Below are positions 10,200 to 21,821 of a stretch of DNA of 64,000 nucleotides, piece after piece. The first letter of the stretch is position 1, and every line of letters starts with the position of its first letter. The notes beneath the pieces are model-generated. The model was not told the DNA's origin, made no database searches, and was given only the letters and a program-made list of their open reading frames with translations. The stretch comes from Nageia nagi (Eukaryota; Plantae; Pinophyta). Where the stretch lies: the NCBI GenBank assembly GCA_050084985.1, contig JBITNC010000002.1, forward strand, positions 4,278,001 to 4,342,000, in the 5' to 3' direction. The translations under genes and the position numbers were made by a program.

Positions 10200-12140
10200 T
10201 GTAAATTCACAAGAGGAGACAGCAAGAACTTATCTGGATAATAGAGGATTGGAAGCATGTTGGTAAACAACTTGTGTTATTGGAGGGCGAACACCAGCTA
10301 TAGGCAATCTTGATAATTTTGAAAATGATAATTTTGAAGATGGTTATCAGATTGATCCTGAAAATGATAATTCTGAAGATGATTTTGCTGGGGATGATGC
10401 TAAAATTTATATTGGACATGACAAAATGATCTAGTCCAATCGTGGGAGTTGCTGACGTTTGAGATAAAAGTGTCCTGGGTTTCAGGTCATTGATGCTAGA
10501 GCATTTGGCATTTTGGATTTGGGTGCTAGAATGCCAGGTGTTCTGAGCTTGGATGCTTGTTTTGGCGATTGCTCTTATGACAACTTGGATGATTATGATC
10601 ATATTGCCATGATGATAGAGGATGATTTTGCATTATTACTTTTTTTTTGGTGATCAAAGTGATCATTTCATGATTCATCATCTGAAATAAGCAGTTGGGA
10701 GTGCTTTATGAAGGGTTCACAAATTTTACTTTGAGTTCATCTAGCTGGACCCACCTAGAACTATGTGCATAAAAGATAATGTTAAATTTGGTAGCCAAAT
10801 TGTTTACAATTTGTCATTTTTCATAAATTAAACATAACATTTAAATAAGATCATTTTAAATAGTTAAAATGTGTTCTGAATTCTCATTAATGAAGGAGAG
10901 AAAGTTTTTCTTATATAAACTTACAAAAAGCACATTAACTTGTAAGGAGAGAAAGTCTCTATAATTACAAAAACTAACTAAAACAAAATGTTTCCAATTT
11001 TGAAAATAACAACTAATAAACTAGAGCCACACTGATTTTATTACTGCCTAAACTTTAGTAACTACTTGATTATTATTATTCTATTAATCTAATATTAATA
11101 TAACACCCTCCCTAAATGGTTAATCTACTAACTACACCAAGTTTAAAATGCATAGTAGGCTTGCTCCCATTCCTCTATATGTTTTGCAATAGAAGCTTTT
11201 TGTGGAGACTGACCTTGGTTGGATTTTTGATTTGCCAATCTCTTTCTGCAGGGTTGCTTTAGATGGCCCTCCTTGCCACAATAATAACAAGTGATGGTCT
11301 TTTGGGGAATAAAGACTACTTACATGCTTTTTTTCTTCAGGGTCCTGTCTATTTAATTCAATTGTTGCTTCAACATATAGAAGGTAGGCCATTCCTATAT
11401 GTGGATAGACACAAATAAAAGTTCCATGTATTAAAACATACATATTTATTATGTCTATGGAATGAAAATAGATTAATAACACATATGCTAGATTAGAATT
11501 ATGCAAATTTACAAGAGGAGGATTAATAGATGTGGATAATTTTAAAGATAATCTTGAAGATAATTTCCAGATGATGATTGTAAAACTAATTCTGAGATGA
11601 TAATTTTGAAAATGGCACTAGAACAAATGTGCGAATATTATGGAACAAATTGGTGAATTGTAGGAGCTGTTGAGGCTTGGGACTAGATTGTTCATGTTCT
11701 AGGTCTGTGTTGCTAGAATGCTAGGTGCTCCAGGATTGGGTGCTAGAATGCTTGACATTTTGCCATTTTGGGCATGGGTTCCAAAATGCTAGGCATTCTA
11801 GGCTTGGGTGCTATAGTGTTGGGCCTTTTGGGCTTGGTTGTAAGATATTGGGTATTCTGAGTTTGGGTGTCAAAATGTTGGGCATTTTTAGCCTGAATGT
11901 CCATTGCAACTTGTTCTTCTTTGGGAGGTGTGTTTTGACTCCTTGGATGTTTTTTCAATTCAAATGTGATGATAGAAGATGATATTGTGTTTTCTTGCTT
12001 GATCTTTGATAATAATAATTCTTGAACTTGCATCATGATATTTGAAAAGAATGCTTGGAAATGCTTTATAAAGGATTCACATTGGATTTTTGAGTTCACC
12101 TTGGTGGACCCATTAAGAACAATGTGCATAGAAGATAATG
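10200..12140. repeat. Two diverged copies of a ~600-bp unit with internal short and ~30-bp subrepeats
   Basis: Copies at ~10200-10780 and ~11490-12140 share gataattttgaa subrepeats, ttgggtgctagaatgc subrepeats and the end ...gagttca...tggaccca...agaac(t/a)atgtgcata(a/g)aagataatg. Confidence 0.75.
10870..11400 (-). mobile_element. Internally deleted Copia remnant (gag zinc knuckle, PPT, LTR)
   Basis: Minus strand encodes TCYYCGKEGHLKQPC at ~11250-11290. A PPT-like GGGAGGG is directly followed by TGTTA at ~11100-11113. Confidence 0.55.
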
Positions 12141-12229
12141 GTAATTTTTAGAAATTCATTTGAGTTCACCTTGATTTAATTCAAACTTCAAAGGGTCCAA
12201 ATTGACATTTTGCATTATTCATCTATCTA

Positions 12230-12480
12230 AAAAGGTACTTGTTATAACCTAGACTTGAATTATATGAGCTTTTTCTTCGTTCATATGCTTTGTAATAAGA
12301 ATAGCTCTAATGAGGAGAACTACAAATTTTTGGGAATAATGATGATGTGAGGAGGCATGCAAGTACTTACCTGGTATGATATTTTTTCCTATAAACCTCA
12401 TGTCCCAACTTTCCATCATGTTTCTTGTAGACATGGATATCAAAGAATGGGATTGCTATATTTTCTATCCTTCTGGTGGA
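12230..12480 (-). mobile_element. Penelope-like element RT C-terminal fragment
   Basis: Minus translation IPFFDIHVYKKHDGKLGHEVYRKN...KYLHASSHHHYSQK...LIRA is homologous to the PLE at 54600-54790. Confidence 0.75.
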
Positions 12481-12812
12481 TTGTATGCTTTTTTCAGAGT
12501 TGAGATGCTTATGGAAATCTTTCAATGTGGTTTCCTCATATACCCATTGTTGACATCCAAGAACTGAATAGCTTTCTTTGTAAACTACTCATTTTTGCAT
12601 ATCAAATGACAAATCTTGAAAGGAGTGATAACACCCAAGTATCATATTGGTGGTACTTTATTTTCAATTGTAAAAGTAAATAATATTTTCTTTTTTGTTT
12701 TGGCCTTGAATTTCTGGAGTATTCTTAATGTCGTATTGTATTTCAATGTTCTCTTAGACCAATGTATCTGAGCTAGATTTGCAAATTGAAGGAATGTTTC
12801 ATTTTGTTGCAG

Positions 12813-14541
12813 TTGAAAGGCGAGGGATACAATCTTATTCCTTCTTTAGCAACTGAAAGCCCTTCTCTGATTCTTTTTATTGATAGGGCTTCACCTTCAG
12901 AAATATCGAGGACAAGAAGTAAGGAATCTCTACAAGCATTTCGTCAAGTGGCTATCGATTATGCTGAGTTATTTAAGTCAGTGAAGACAAAAAATACTAT
13001 GGTAGGTAAAAGTGTACCAAAGAGTTTTTCAAGTGGACAGGCCAAAAAGAAAACATTATCCTCTTTATCAAAGCATCTGCAAATGCAAGTTCTAAAATCA
13101 AACGAGCTGCTGAAAATGTTGAGTTTGGAGGAGAAGAAAATTTACATGAAAACTACTGAAGGTGAAGTTCAGATCATTAACCTCAAGGGAGACGACAATT
13201 TATTTAGTGGGTCTGATCAGAAATTTCTTGATTATCTGCTTGAGCATGGAAATTCAGGTATACAGTTTAAACAAGATGAGTTGGCTATTCTAGCAAAGAA
13301 AGCTGGCTTTCAGCTTCTGCCAAGTGATTATGTTCTTGATATACATCAACTCTCTCAGATGCCAGAGACTTTGTCATCCTTGACAGAAATGACACGTGAC
13401 AGATCAGAAAAAGGCTTAATTAATTTCAAAAGAATGGAAAACATAAAGGCAGAGGAACTGACCAAAGAATTACAAGATGTAGTAGATAACATTCAGAAGA
13501 CACAGATTTCTGTTACTGAAAATGGTGCTGCTATTGCAGATGAAGAAAATGTAGCCAGGTTTGGCAATGCTGATATAAATCTTCGTATCGATAGCTATGT
13601 AAGCATGGAAGAGGAGCATGAAACAATGCAAGAATGTTCTGCCACAGATAGCAAAAAGCAATGTATGAGTAAAGCCTCAACAGTTGAAGCTCTTGATAAT
13701 AATTACCACACAAAAGTAGTGCCAGAAGGAACTGACTTTGGGGACCAAGTTTTATTTTCAAAAGGAAGTACAAATCAAGATTCAGTAGCTGAAGAATATG
13801 CACACAAGACGCATAGAGATAATCAAAATTATATATGGTCCAAAACAGGAAGTGGAGAGCTGAACAATGAGGGAGCAACAACATATACTGGGGATAATGT
13901 GTTGCTTGGAAATGATAGCGAGGAATCAGAAACACTGGGTAATATGCAGGATGGAGATAATGATGCTGGTATTTTATTTTTCTATTCAGAGGGTGGAGAT
14001 CGACTTAGGGAGATTTTGAGATCAGATGCAACAATTCCATCAGTGGTGTTAATTGACCCAGTGAAAAAGAAGCATTATGGTTTCCCCAAAGATGTATTTG
14101 TGACCTACTCTTCCCTTTTTGATTTTATAAATGCATTTTTAATTGGGACTCTTACAGCATTCAGGCAATCTGAGCCTTCTCCAAGGAGGACAAGGGAGTC
14201 TCCAAGGCCACCATTTGCGAACAGGGATTTCCATGAGGTTGATTCTACACCTCATGTTACAGTTGGTACATTCTCTAGCTTGATTCTTGGTTTTGAAGAT
14301 TGTAATGAAACTGTTGAAACATCTTGTGCAAAGAGTCATAATCCTGGAGTTGCTTGGGGGAAGGATGTGTTAGTTATTTTCAGCAATGAGTGGTGTGGGT
14401 TTTGCAAGAGACTGGAATTGGTTGTTCGTGAAATATACCGCTTATTTAAACACTCTGCAAATTTACTATATGTTGATTGTGAGATTGCACCGAATGCAAG
14501 TGCTCAAGATGTTTCTTCATTCTCAGCAAAAAAGAACACAG
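12813..14541 (+). CDS. Internal coding exon A of a thioredoxin-fold / DUF179 protein (At3g19780-like)
   Basis: Lies within ORF 12786..14609. Acceptor ttgcAG at 12811-12812 (phase 0, LKGEGYNL...), donor G|GTAATA at 14541/14542 (phase 1). Contains PSLILFIDR, IPSVVLIDPVKKKHY, PPFANRDFHEVDSTPHVT and the Trx-like VIFSNEWCGFCKRLELVVREIYR (WCGFC at 14391-14405), which I recognise as typical of this plant family. Confidence 0.9.
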
Positions 14542-15159
14542 GTAATAAGTTTTTCCACTCTGTTGATCAGATGTCTTTTCTATTACTCTCTGAGAACTCT
14601 TTTGCTTAGATAGGAGGTGAAACTCATGAATGAGCAATATGAAATTTTATGGTTACACTGTTTATGATTTATATGATGGCAGCCAAGGAAATTACGAAAG
14701 TAATGTTTTTTAATAATGTAAACAAATAACAAATATTTCAGTGAGAATTGTAAGTACATATCATGCTACAAAAATAGGAGTGGAACATTATTTGCTTCTA
14801 AAAGTCATAATATTCAGTAGAAATATACAAAGTGGCAGAGTCCTTTAGTTTAAACTGTTCTGTAGTGTCCTTCCCATCATATAAAGTATCAGCTGTTGTG
14901 GTGATCACTATAATGCCACAAAACAAATTTCTAAAAACGTTTTTTGGATGGTCCAATCTACTATTTTTCTTTTCTGTAATATTGAGGCATAACGGTATAT
15001 CATGCAGCGGCTAAAATGATTTTTCCTCTCAACTAATACTCCTAGTAATAATAAGACTTTGGTAGTTTCTATGTGGCACTTTGTCTTGTATAGGGTTGTT
15101 GGATTATTTTCTGTCATCCTCTTGCATCTTTGGTCCAAATGTGTGTTGATCGCTGCATG

Positions 15160-15535
15160 CTCTGCTGGTTAGGACATTTGATATGAAGGATTTAAGAGCA
15201 ATAAACTTAATTTTGGACGTGAGGATACACAAGGACAAAATAGATAGGAAGATCTGGTTAAGTTAGAAGTCATATGAACAAAAAATTATGTAGCTCTTCA
15301 ATATGCAAAATGCAAAACCTGTTACTACCCCACTTCCACCACACATCAGATTGTCTTCTGAAGAGTCCTAGTACAGAAGCAAAAGATGTCTTGTATATTG
15401 AACTCATAGGCAGTAGTATGGTGAGCACTAGATTGAACATTGCCCAAGTAGTAGAGTTGTCAGCCAATTCATGGGGAAACTTGATAGGGAGCATTGAGTG
15501 GATATTCAGATACTTAAGAGACACTTTGGATTTGC
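15160..15535 (+). mobile_element. Ty1/Copia RT fragment
   Basis: FDMKDL...ILDVRIHKD..DRKIWLS, then MQNAKPV, PST, STRLNIAQVV and WIFRYLRDT: degenerate Copia RT C-terminus. Confidence 0.8.
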
Positions 15536-15979
15536 ATGGGTGTGGTGGTTTAGTGGTGCATAATGGTGTGCCTTCATGGTGGTGCACCCCCTGATGATCC
15601 TCCTCTTTGCACGATGTGCCGAGCATGGAGGGTTGCAAGGGGAGGCAGCCTCCTTGGTTGAAGGCTGAATACACAATGTTAATTTTAGTTGCTATTTTTA
15701 GATAGCTTGTGGCTATTGTTAAGCGCAACTATTTTTAGGCACTGCTATTATTAATTGTGGTTTGTATGTAGAGCGTTTTTTTTTGGGAACCGTCCTATTT
15801 TTCTTATAAAAGGGGAATGACCCCTTGTCTTTTTATAAAGTGAAAGTTTCAAAGTAATAAAAACCTAAGCGGGCAAGGTTTTCCACATTAAACCTATGTG
15901 TTATTTCTGGTTTAATATTTCCGCTGAATCTGAGTTTTTGTTGAGTCAAAAGCTTGTTGAGCCTTTTTTGCCAAATTGA

Positions 15980-17290
15980 GTTTTTTTTTTTTTATTGGTA
16001 AAAAATGGATTGTTTTAGATAGGGTCCCAAAACTTATTTTTACATAGAGATTTCAGCAGTCCGTGGATGTACCAATGTAATCCCAGAGTAAAACAAAAAG
16101 AAGCAATAGAGAGAAATAAAGAACAAACTAGATCTAATGCATTGTTGAATTTGAAGAGAATTTTACTTTTCATTGTGGCTTTGAGAGTTCTTATTCAAGG
16201 CATTTTGTTGCATGACCATGGAGGTTTCCAATTCAGGGTATCTATGTTGGGAAACTTCGCTCTGTCTATTGATTTTTCCCTCAATAGAACAAAGATTAGC
16301 TTTCAAATAGATATCCTTATTTTCTTTCCTCCCTTGGTCATTTTTGGAGCTAATTATGTCTTCAAAATGTTTGCAGGATATGTATTTTGTGGGACTTAGC
16401 TTCGTCTATTGATTTTTCCATCAATAATGCGAGATTAAGTTCCAAATAGATACCCATATTTTCAACTTTCCGTCCAATGTAGCTTGCAAATTTCTGGAGA
16501 AGATCTGTTTTACGTTTGCAGAGCCATCCAATACTTTTTTTTGAGATATTACAGCTTCATGTCTTCTTTCAACGCTTTAATATGAGTTTTTACTAAGGTA
16601 CTGGGCGGTTTCCAAACCAAATTTAAGGTTCATAACTTTTGTCACAAGGGATATCTCTTTCAAACATGAGCTCAACTTAGGTTCTTTGAAGCATGATTTC
16701 AATTTCCTTTGATCGAATCTTCCTCGAATAATGCCTACAATTGGGTTAAGGACACAATCAGTTGCTAGAATGAATCCTTGATTTTTTTTTAACGTTGCCC
16801 AGCATTGATGGTGCTTGTGACATCTGTCCTCACTTTCGTGATTTCTTAAAGGTGCGCTTTTCCCAGTACCTCGCAAGTAGTGAATATCCATAGATAGGCT
16901 CGAAAGATCTACCTTTGAGCTTGCCATTGACCTTTTCTTGCAATCCATTTTTGCCTTCCAACTATTGTCAGTCTCGCATCCTATTTCTGTTCGACAATAA
17001 ATCCAACAAAAGACTCTGACCAATGCCTCCGTAGTAGGGCTCAGTCTATTTTCGTCAAAGCATGTTTCCTTCACAACAGGTGTCCCTTGTTGACTGAAAA
17101 GTGGGGCTTTGTAGGCGCAAATAGGAGCTTCTGCAAATCTTCTTCGGCCAATGTAGCATTTTTCCTGTTCGCCGTCAATCTCATCTCCTCCGAGGTCCAT
17201 CTTAGTAGCTTGTGTGCGCAAGCCTCTTCTACTGCCATGTGTCATTTTTCTTCCTATTATGCTTCTCATCGCACTCCTCTAGATAGAACA
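15980..17290 (-). mobile_element. Poly(A)-tailed retroposed element carrying an unrecognised 230-aa ORF
   Basis: T-run at 15981-15993 (A-tail on the minus strand) with a LINE-like 3' end. ORF 16577..17269 is on the minus strand. There is an internal ~65-bp diverged duplication (16261 and 16402). No TSD found. Confidence 0.4.
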
Positions 17291-19759
17291 ACTAAACATT
17301 TTGCTGATTCAAGTTTAAATACTATGGTAAGAAGTTCTTTTTTTTTTATCATTTCCCATTCACCTACTTTGGTCAGCCCTGGACATCAATAACATTTCTT
17401 TTCCTCATTCTTAGCCTTTCTTGTACTCTTTTGTGATTATGTCCAACAGTAACCACTTCTTTGAGAAACAGAGATGGATACCATTTATTGGGAAGTCAAA
17501 GAATATTGATGACTTACCTATTGTACATTTTTACTAAGGACTATAACTTTCAATTGCTTTCTTAATGAATTAACATAGTTACAATAGGACAAATTTCTGT
17601 ACCATCAGGGATGTAGTGAGATTTATGAAGATGATGATGACAACATATGTCTATGTATATAGTCTACAATAATTCCCTTATTTTGTTTTTCTCATGAAGT
17701 CAATTACAAAACTAGTGCTGTTTTTGCATAATTGGGCACATAAAACTACAAAAACAATAATGTTAAATGAAACAGAATGGAAATTTCTGTAACTGATGGA
17801 TCATCCATAGTCCACAATTCAAAACATCATTAAAAAGAAATTCATCTTTCTAACCCATAGTCAAAATAAAAACAAGTGATATAACTGTTTAAATTTGCCA
17901 TTAGAAAGGTGAATTAAAATTCCTCTGTTCCCATTAGTTGCCATACACATACGCCTCATCATTGTGACTGCCATTGTCCAAATCATATGATTTATTCACC
18001 TTAATAATTTTGTTTAAATGTTGCATTCTTTTTTGTCTATGCATTGTTTGGGATGCCCAGGAATTCTCAAAACTGTCAAGGACGTGTTCCAGTGACCTGT
18101 GGTCACCCTGATAGCATTTAGGCATCCTTTGGATGTCACATGTAACATTGTTCTGGTAGGTGTCATGATGCCCATACTCCAGACTCTTTCTAGGGCTGAG
18201 CATTTCCCTATATCTTTCTATTTCCTTTTTGCTTTTATTTTCCTATCACAGTAGTCAGGATATTATTGGTTATTACACGATATGATAACATTAACCCATA
18301 TCAAATTCTTAATGTGAAGAATTTATAACAAAATCACAGTAACATAGTTCAGTTGCATAATCAGATTGTTTGGAGTGGTAGCACTGAATATTGGATTAGA
18401 AAATGACTGTTGGATATGATTCAGAAAATGAGACACATAACAATAGGATGCAAGCTTTATTCACTGAATAACTACATTGTAGCAATACTCGGATTCAGCA
18501 ATTACTGGTTTTGCCTCTTGACTCAGCAAAATAGAAAAGCAGTAGAATATACATGTTTTCAAATATAAAAAATAGACATTCCATATCAAATTACATAATA
18601 GAAAGTATTTTGCAGTGCTTTGTATTAAAGGATATAGGTCTAAAGACTCTAAACTCCAAAATACATTAACAAAACTTCAGTTTTTAAAATTGCAATACAA
18701 AACCAGCTTCACATCTTTTCTTTGCCCCTCCTTTGTCTTGGCATTTTGCTCCTACTTGCAACTGGTGGTGGTTGTGCTGTGGGTGGCTTTTCTTCTTGTG
18801 TTATAACTGTTGTTGTTTTGCTATTGTCTCTTCCTCTACCATTGTTGTTGCTTGTTGTTCTAAGGCCTCCATTTCTTCAAAGCTGAAATCGAAAATGGGA
18901 TCCAACTCTGGTTGTTGGTCTGATACCCATTCTGAAAGCGAATTTGATGGGTAATTGGCATCCGAATTTATCATCTCATGACTTATTTTTGAATTTTTCT
19001 ATGGAAATAGTGAAGGTTGTAATGTACAAATACCAAATCATTTAAGCGCTCCCGGGTGAACCTACTTTTCTTCTTTTAGTAGATATACTCAAAGGTACTC
19101 TAATTTCTCTCATATCCAGTGACATTACATGGTTGGGATAAAATTCTGTTTGCCATCTCTTTAAGCTTTGGCATCATAGTGCCATAATCCTCCTACCATA
19201 TATCTGAAAAATAAAAAATAAACAAGAAATAGAATTCTGATTTATATTAATTGAACAATTTAATAAAATAAATAGCATTTGCATTAGTTTTACTTGGAGC
19301 TTGAGTTTCTTTTGCGTAAAGGCATTATTTAGATTGGAAATGGTAGCCATCTACACCATTGTAGAGTGGAGGCTCATCTATAATTTTATTCCTTATAGCC
19401 ACGTTAGGCAACATATGCTTTATGGTCTCTTACAAGCCTATGGAAACTCCAAATCTGCCTCAAATTTCTCTGCATAGAAGAACTTTTGGGGTTCAAGTAG
19501 TACGCGGTTGCATGTATATGTCTATGAAGCATTTCTGTTCATCTACGATCAATAATGTCTCAAATAGGTTAATATCTATTTTTTTGGCCCTATCCATGTC
19601 CTTATAAAGGGTATCACATGGGGGGTTTATTACCATCAACAAGGTGCAACACCTTCACTAAGGGCTTTGAAAATTGCAATGCAAATTATGCAATTAATAC
19701 TCAAATAAAGAAACAAATTTTAATTAATAACTTGGAAAGTTTTAAAGTTGAATTATACC

Positions 19760-20613
19760 TGAATAATCTCATCACCTTACATCTTCCCATCATATTGAGG
19801 ATATTCCTAGGACAGTTCCATATTTGCTCACATTAGTTGAGGATCGAGATAGACCACCATTTAGCTTTGGACCTGCGAGTCTATCGCCTTTTGTCATCTT
19901 GAGACTGAGTTCGAGGACCACTTCATTTTCAGATGCTTAGCCTACTATGGGATCAAAGGCAGATACCATTGCCTCTTCAAAGACTTAGATCATTGCCCAC
20001 TTTCTTTCAGTACCTCGATCAACGATGCTTAGTTTTTTACCATCGAGAAACCTTCCTTCTTGAGAACCGTCTTATGTCCAACACTCAACATTCGACAAGC
20101 AATTGTCGCATCACATCCTTTTTTCGAGCTTCTACCCCTAAGGGGGTATGTAGGAGATGACATGTTGACCCTCATCTCTCTACACGTCGCACTAGGAGGT
20201 GCCTCCAATACTCCTTGACCTTGTTGAGGACTCAATAGATCACATCATTCTTCCCCTCCAGCGACACTATCACAGAGATGGATTCCAATGACTAGCACAC
20301 TCTCTAGAGTAGACTAGGATGATACTCTATCGGTCATGGTTACATTTAGATTGATAGCTTATTTAGGATTTATATCACACTTGCATGGTTGTATTTATAC
20401 ATGTCTCTCTTATTATTTTATGTTTTCTATAGTGAGAGCCCTTTAGGGGCTTTGCTAGTGAATGGACCATGATTGTACTTGACAGTCCCATTGACGGCTT
20501 TCGGTCATCTGAGAACATTAATATACTTCTTTTGTTTCTTTATTAATATACTTTCTTTCTTTCATGTGCTGCCTTCCAAGAGGCATCGTTAAAAACCAAC
20601 TAAATGATATTCA
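19760..20613. mobile_element. Putative solo LTR, 854 bp, inserted in the hAT
   Basis: TGAATAATC...GATATTCA inverted termini with flanks TACC / TGCC (4-bp TSD, 1 mismatch). Removing it restores a hAT AG|GTATAA splice donor on the minus strand. Confidence 0.65.
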
Positions 20614-20628
20614 TGCCTTCACTCTCAT

Positions 20629-20722
20629 GTGCATATCTGGACTCAACCATTTGTTGCCTAGAAACATTGTTTCAAGTGCATATCTGGACTCAACCATTTG
20701 TTGCCTAGAAACATTGTTTCAA
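20629..20722. repeat. Perfect 47-bp tandem duplication inside hAT coding sequence
   Basis: gtgcatatctggactcaaccatttgttgcctagaaacattgtttcaa x2. Confidence 0.95.
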
Positions 20723-21821
20723 TGCAAGTCTTGCTTCATTTAGACTCTACAATGAAATAAAATTTGTTGCAAAGTGTGTAGCACCTGAATGCACAAGTAA
20801 CATACATTATTTTCAATTTTTTTAGTCTCAATGAAAAATTGAAAATGAATTAAATGAAAATGAAAACAAGATGAAAAATTTATGATTACCTTTACGTATA
20901 ATTTCCTTGCCCTTTGTGAAATCAGTCCTCAAATTGAGGACCCATGGGTAATTGTAGATGTACTTGGCGATATTCTTTACTTGGTCCACAACATTCTTCA
21001 ATTTCCAATATCCTTAAGAAGTAAATCAAGGCTTTGAGTGACACAAGGAATTCAAAAAATAGAAGGGAATTTATTCTTTATGAATTTCCCTGCTGAAACA
21101 TATGCTGTTGTGTTACATGTGATAACCTGCACAACATTTTCTTGGCCCATAGCTAGGATGACCTCAATTTGATGAAATAAATATTCGACATTTTTTACTT
21201 CTCTTGATGTGTCAAAAGATTTCAGGAATACTAAACCTTTTGAAGAAGAAATTATAAAATTTATCAAAGTTCTTCCCCATATATCTATCCAACCATCAAT
21301 GAAAATGTTGCAGCCCTTCTTCCAAACCTTTTTCAGCTCATCGATAATAAGGTTACTATCTTTAACAACATCCATAAACAAGGGTCCTTTGAAGGTTCAT
21401 GTATGTTGGTGCTTTGAATCTTGGACCACAAATTGTGATGACATTGACCATGTACTCCCAATATACCACATTGAAAGGAATGCTCGAGTAATACCAAAAA
21501 TTAACAGTGGCCTTTCTCGCTTCTTGAACCTTATCCTTGTTCCACATGACATCAAGCAAGGGTTGGCTGCCAAAAAACTCACATCTTATTGCAATAGATC
21601 CAGCTACAAAAGACCCCTGCGTAACCCTTGAGCTAATGCTTCTTTGAAATTCCTCTAAATTTGCACTTGCAAGAAATGGTGGAGGTCTTGCCATTTCCTC
21701 TCGAGTTCTTTTTTTTTTGTCATGTTTTGCTTGGAATGGAATGCCTCCAAAAAGCATTCATTTCTCTTTGCACTTCTGGTTCAACTTGCTCGCAAGGTCT
21801 CGCATCTTGGCCAAGGATTGG

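Noticed and set aside
1-12812. Upstream exons of the Trx/DUF179 gene
   Set aside because: I found no segment with both splice signals and recognisable family similarity. A candidate mini-exon at ~6456-6483 had no support. The exons probably lie outside the window, though a short one could have been missed.
12786-14609. 607-aa ORF as a complete single-exon gene
   Set aside because: It starts at TTG in intron sequence and runs past a splice donor; homology continues in the downstream exons.
13470-14637. Antisense and alternate-frame ORFs over exon A
   Set aside because: These are shadows of the real coding exon.
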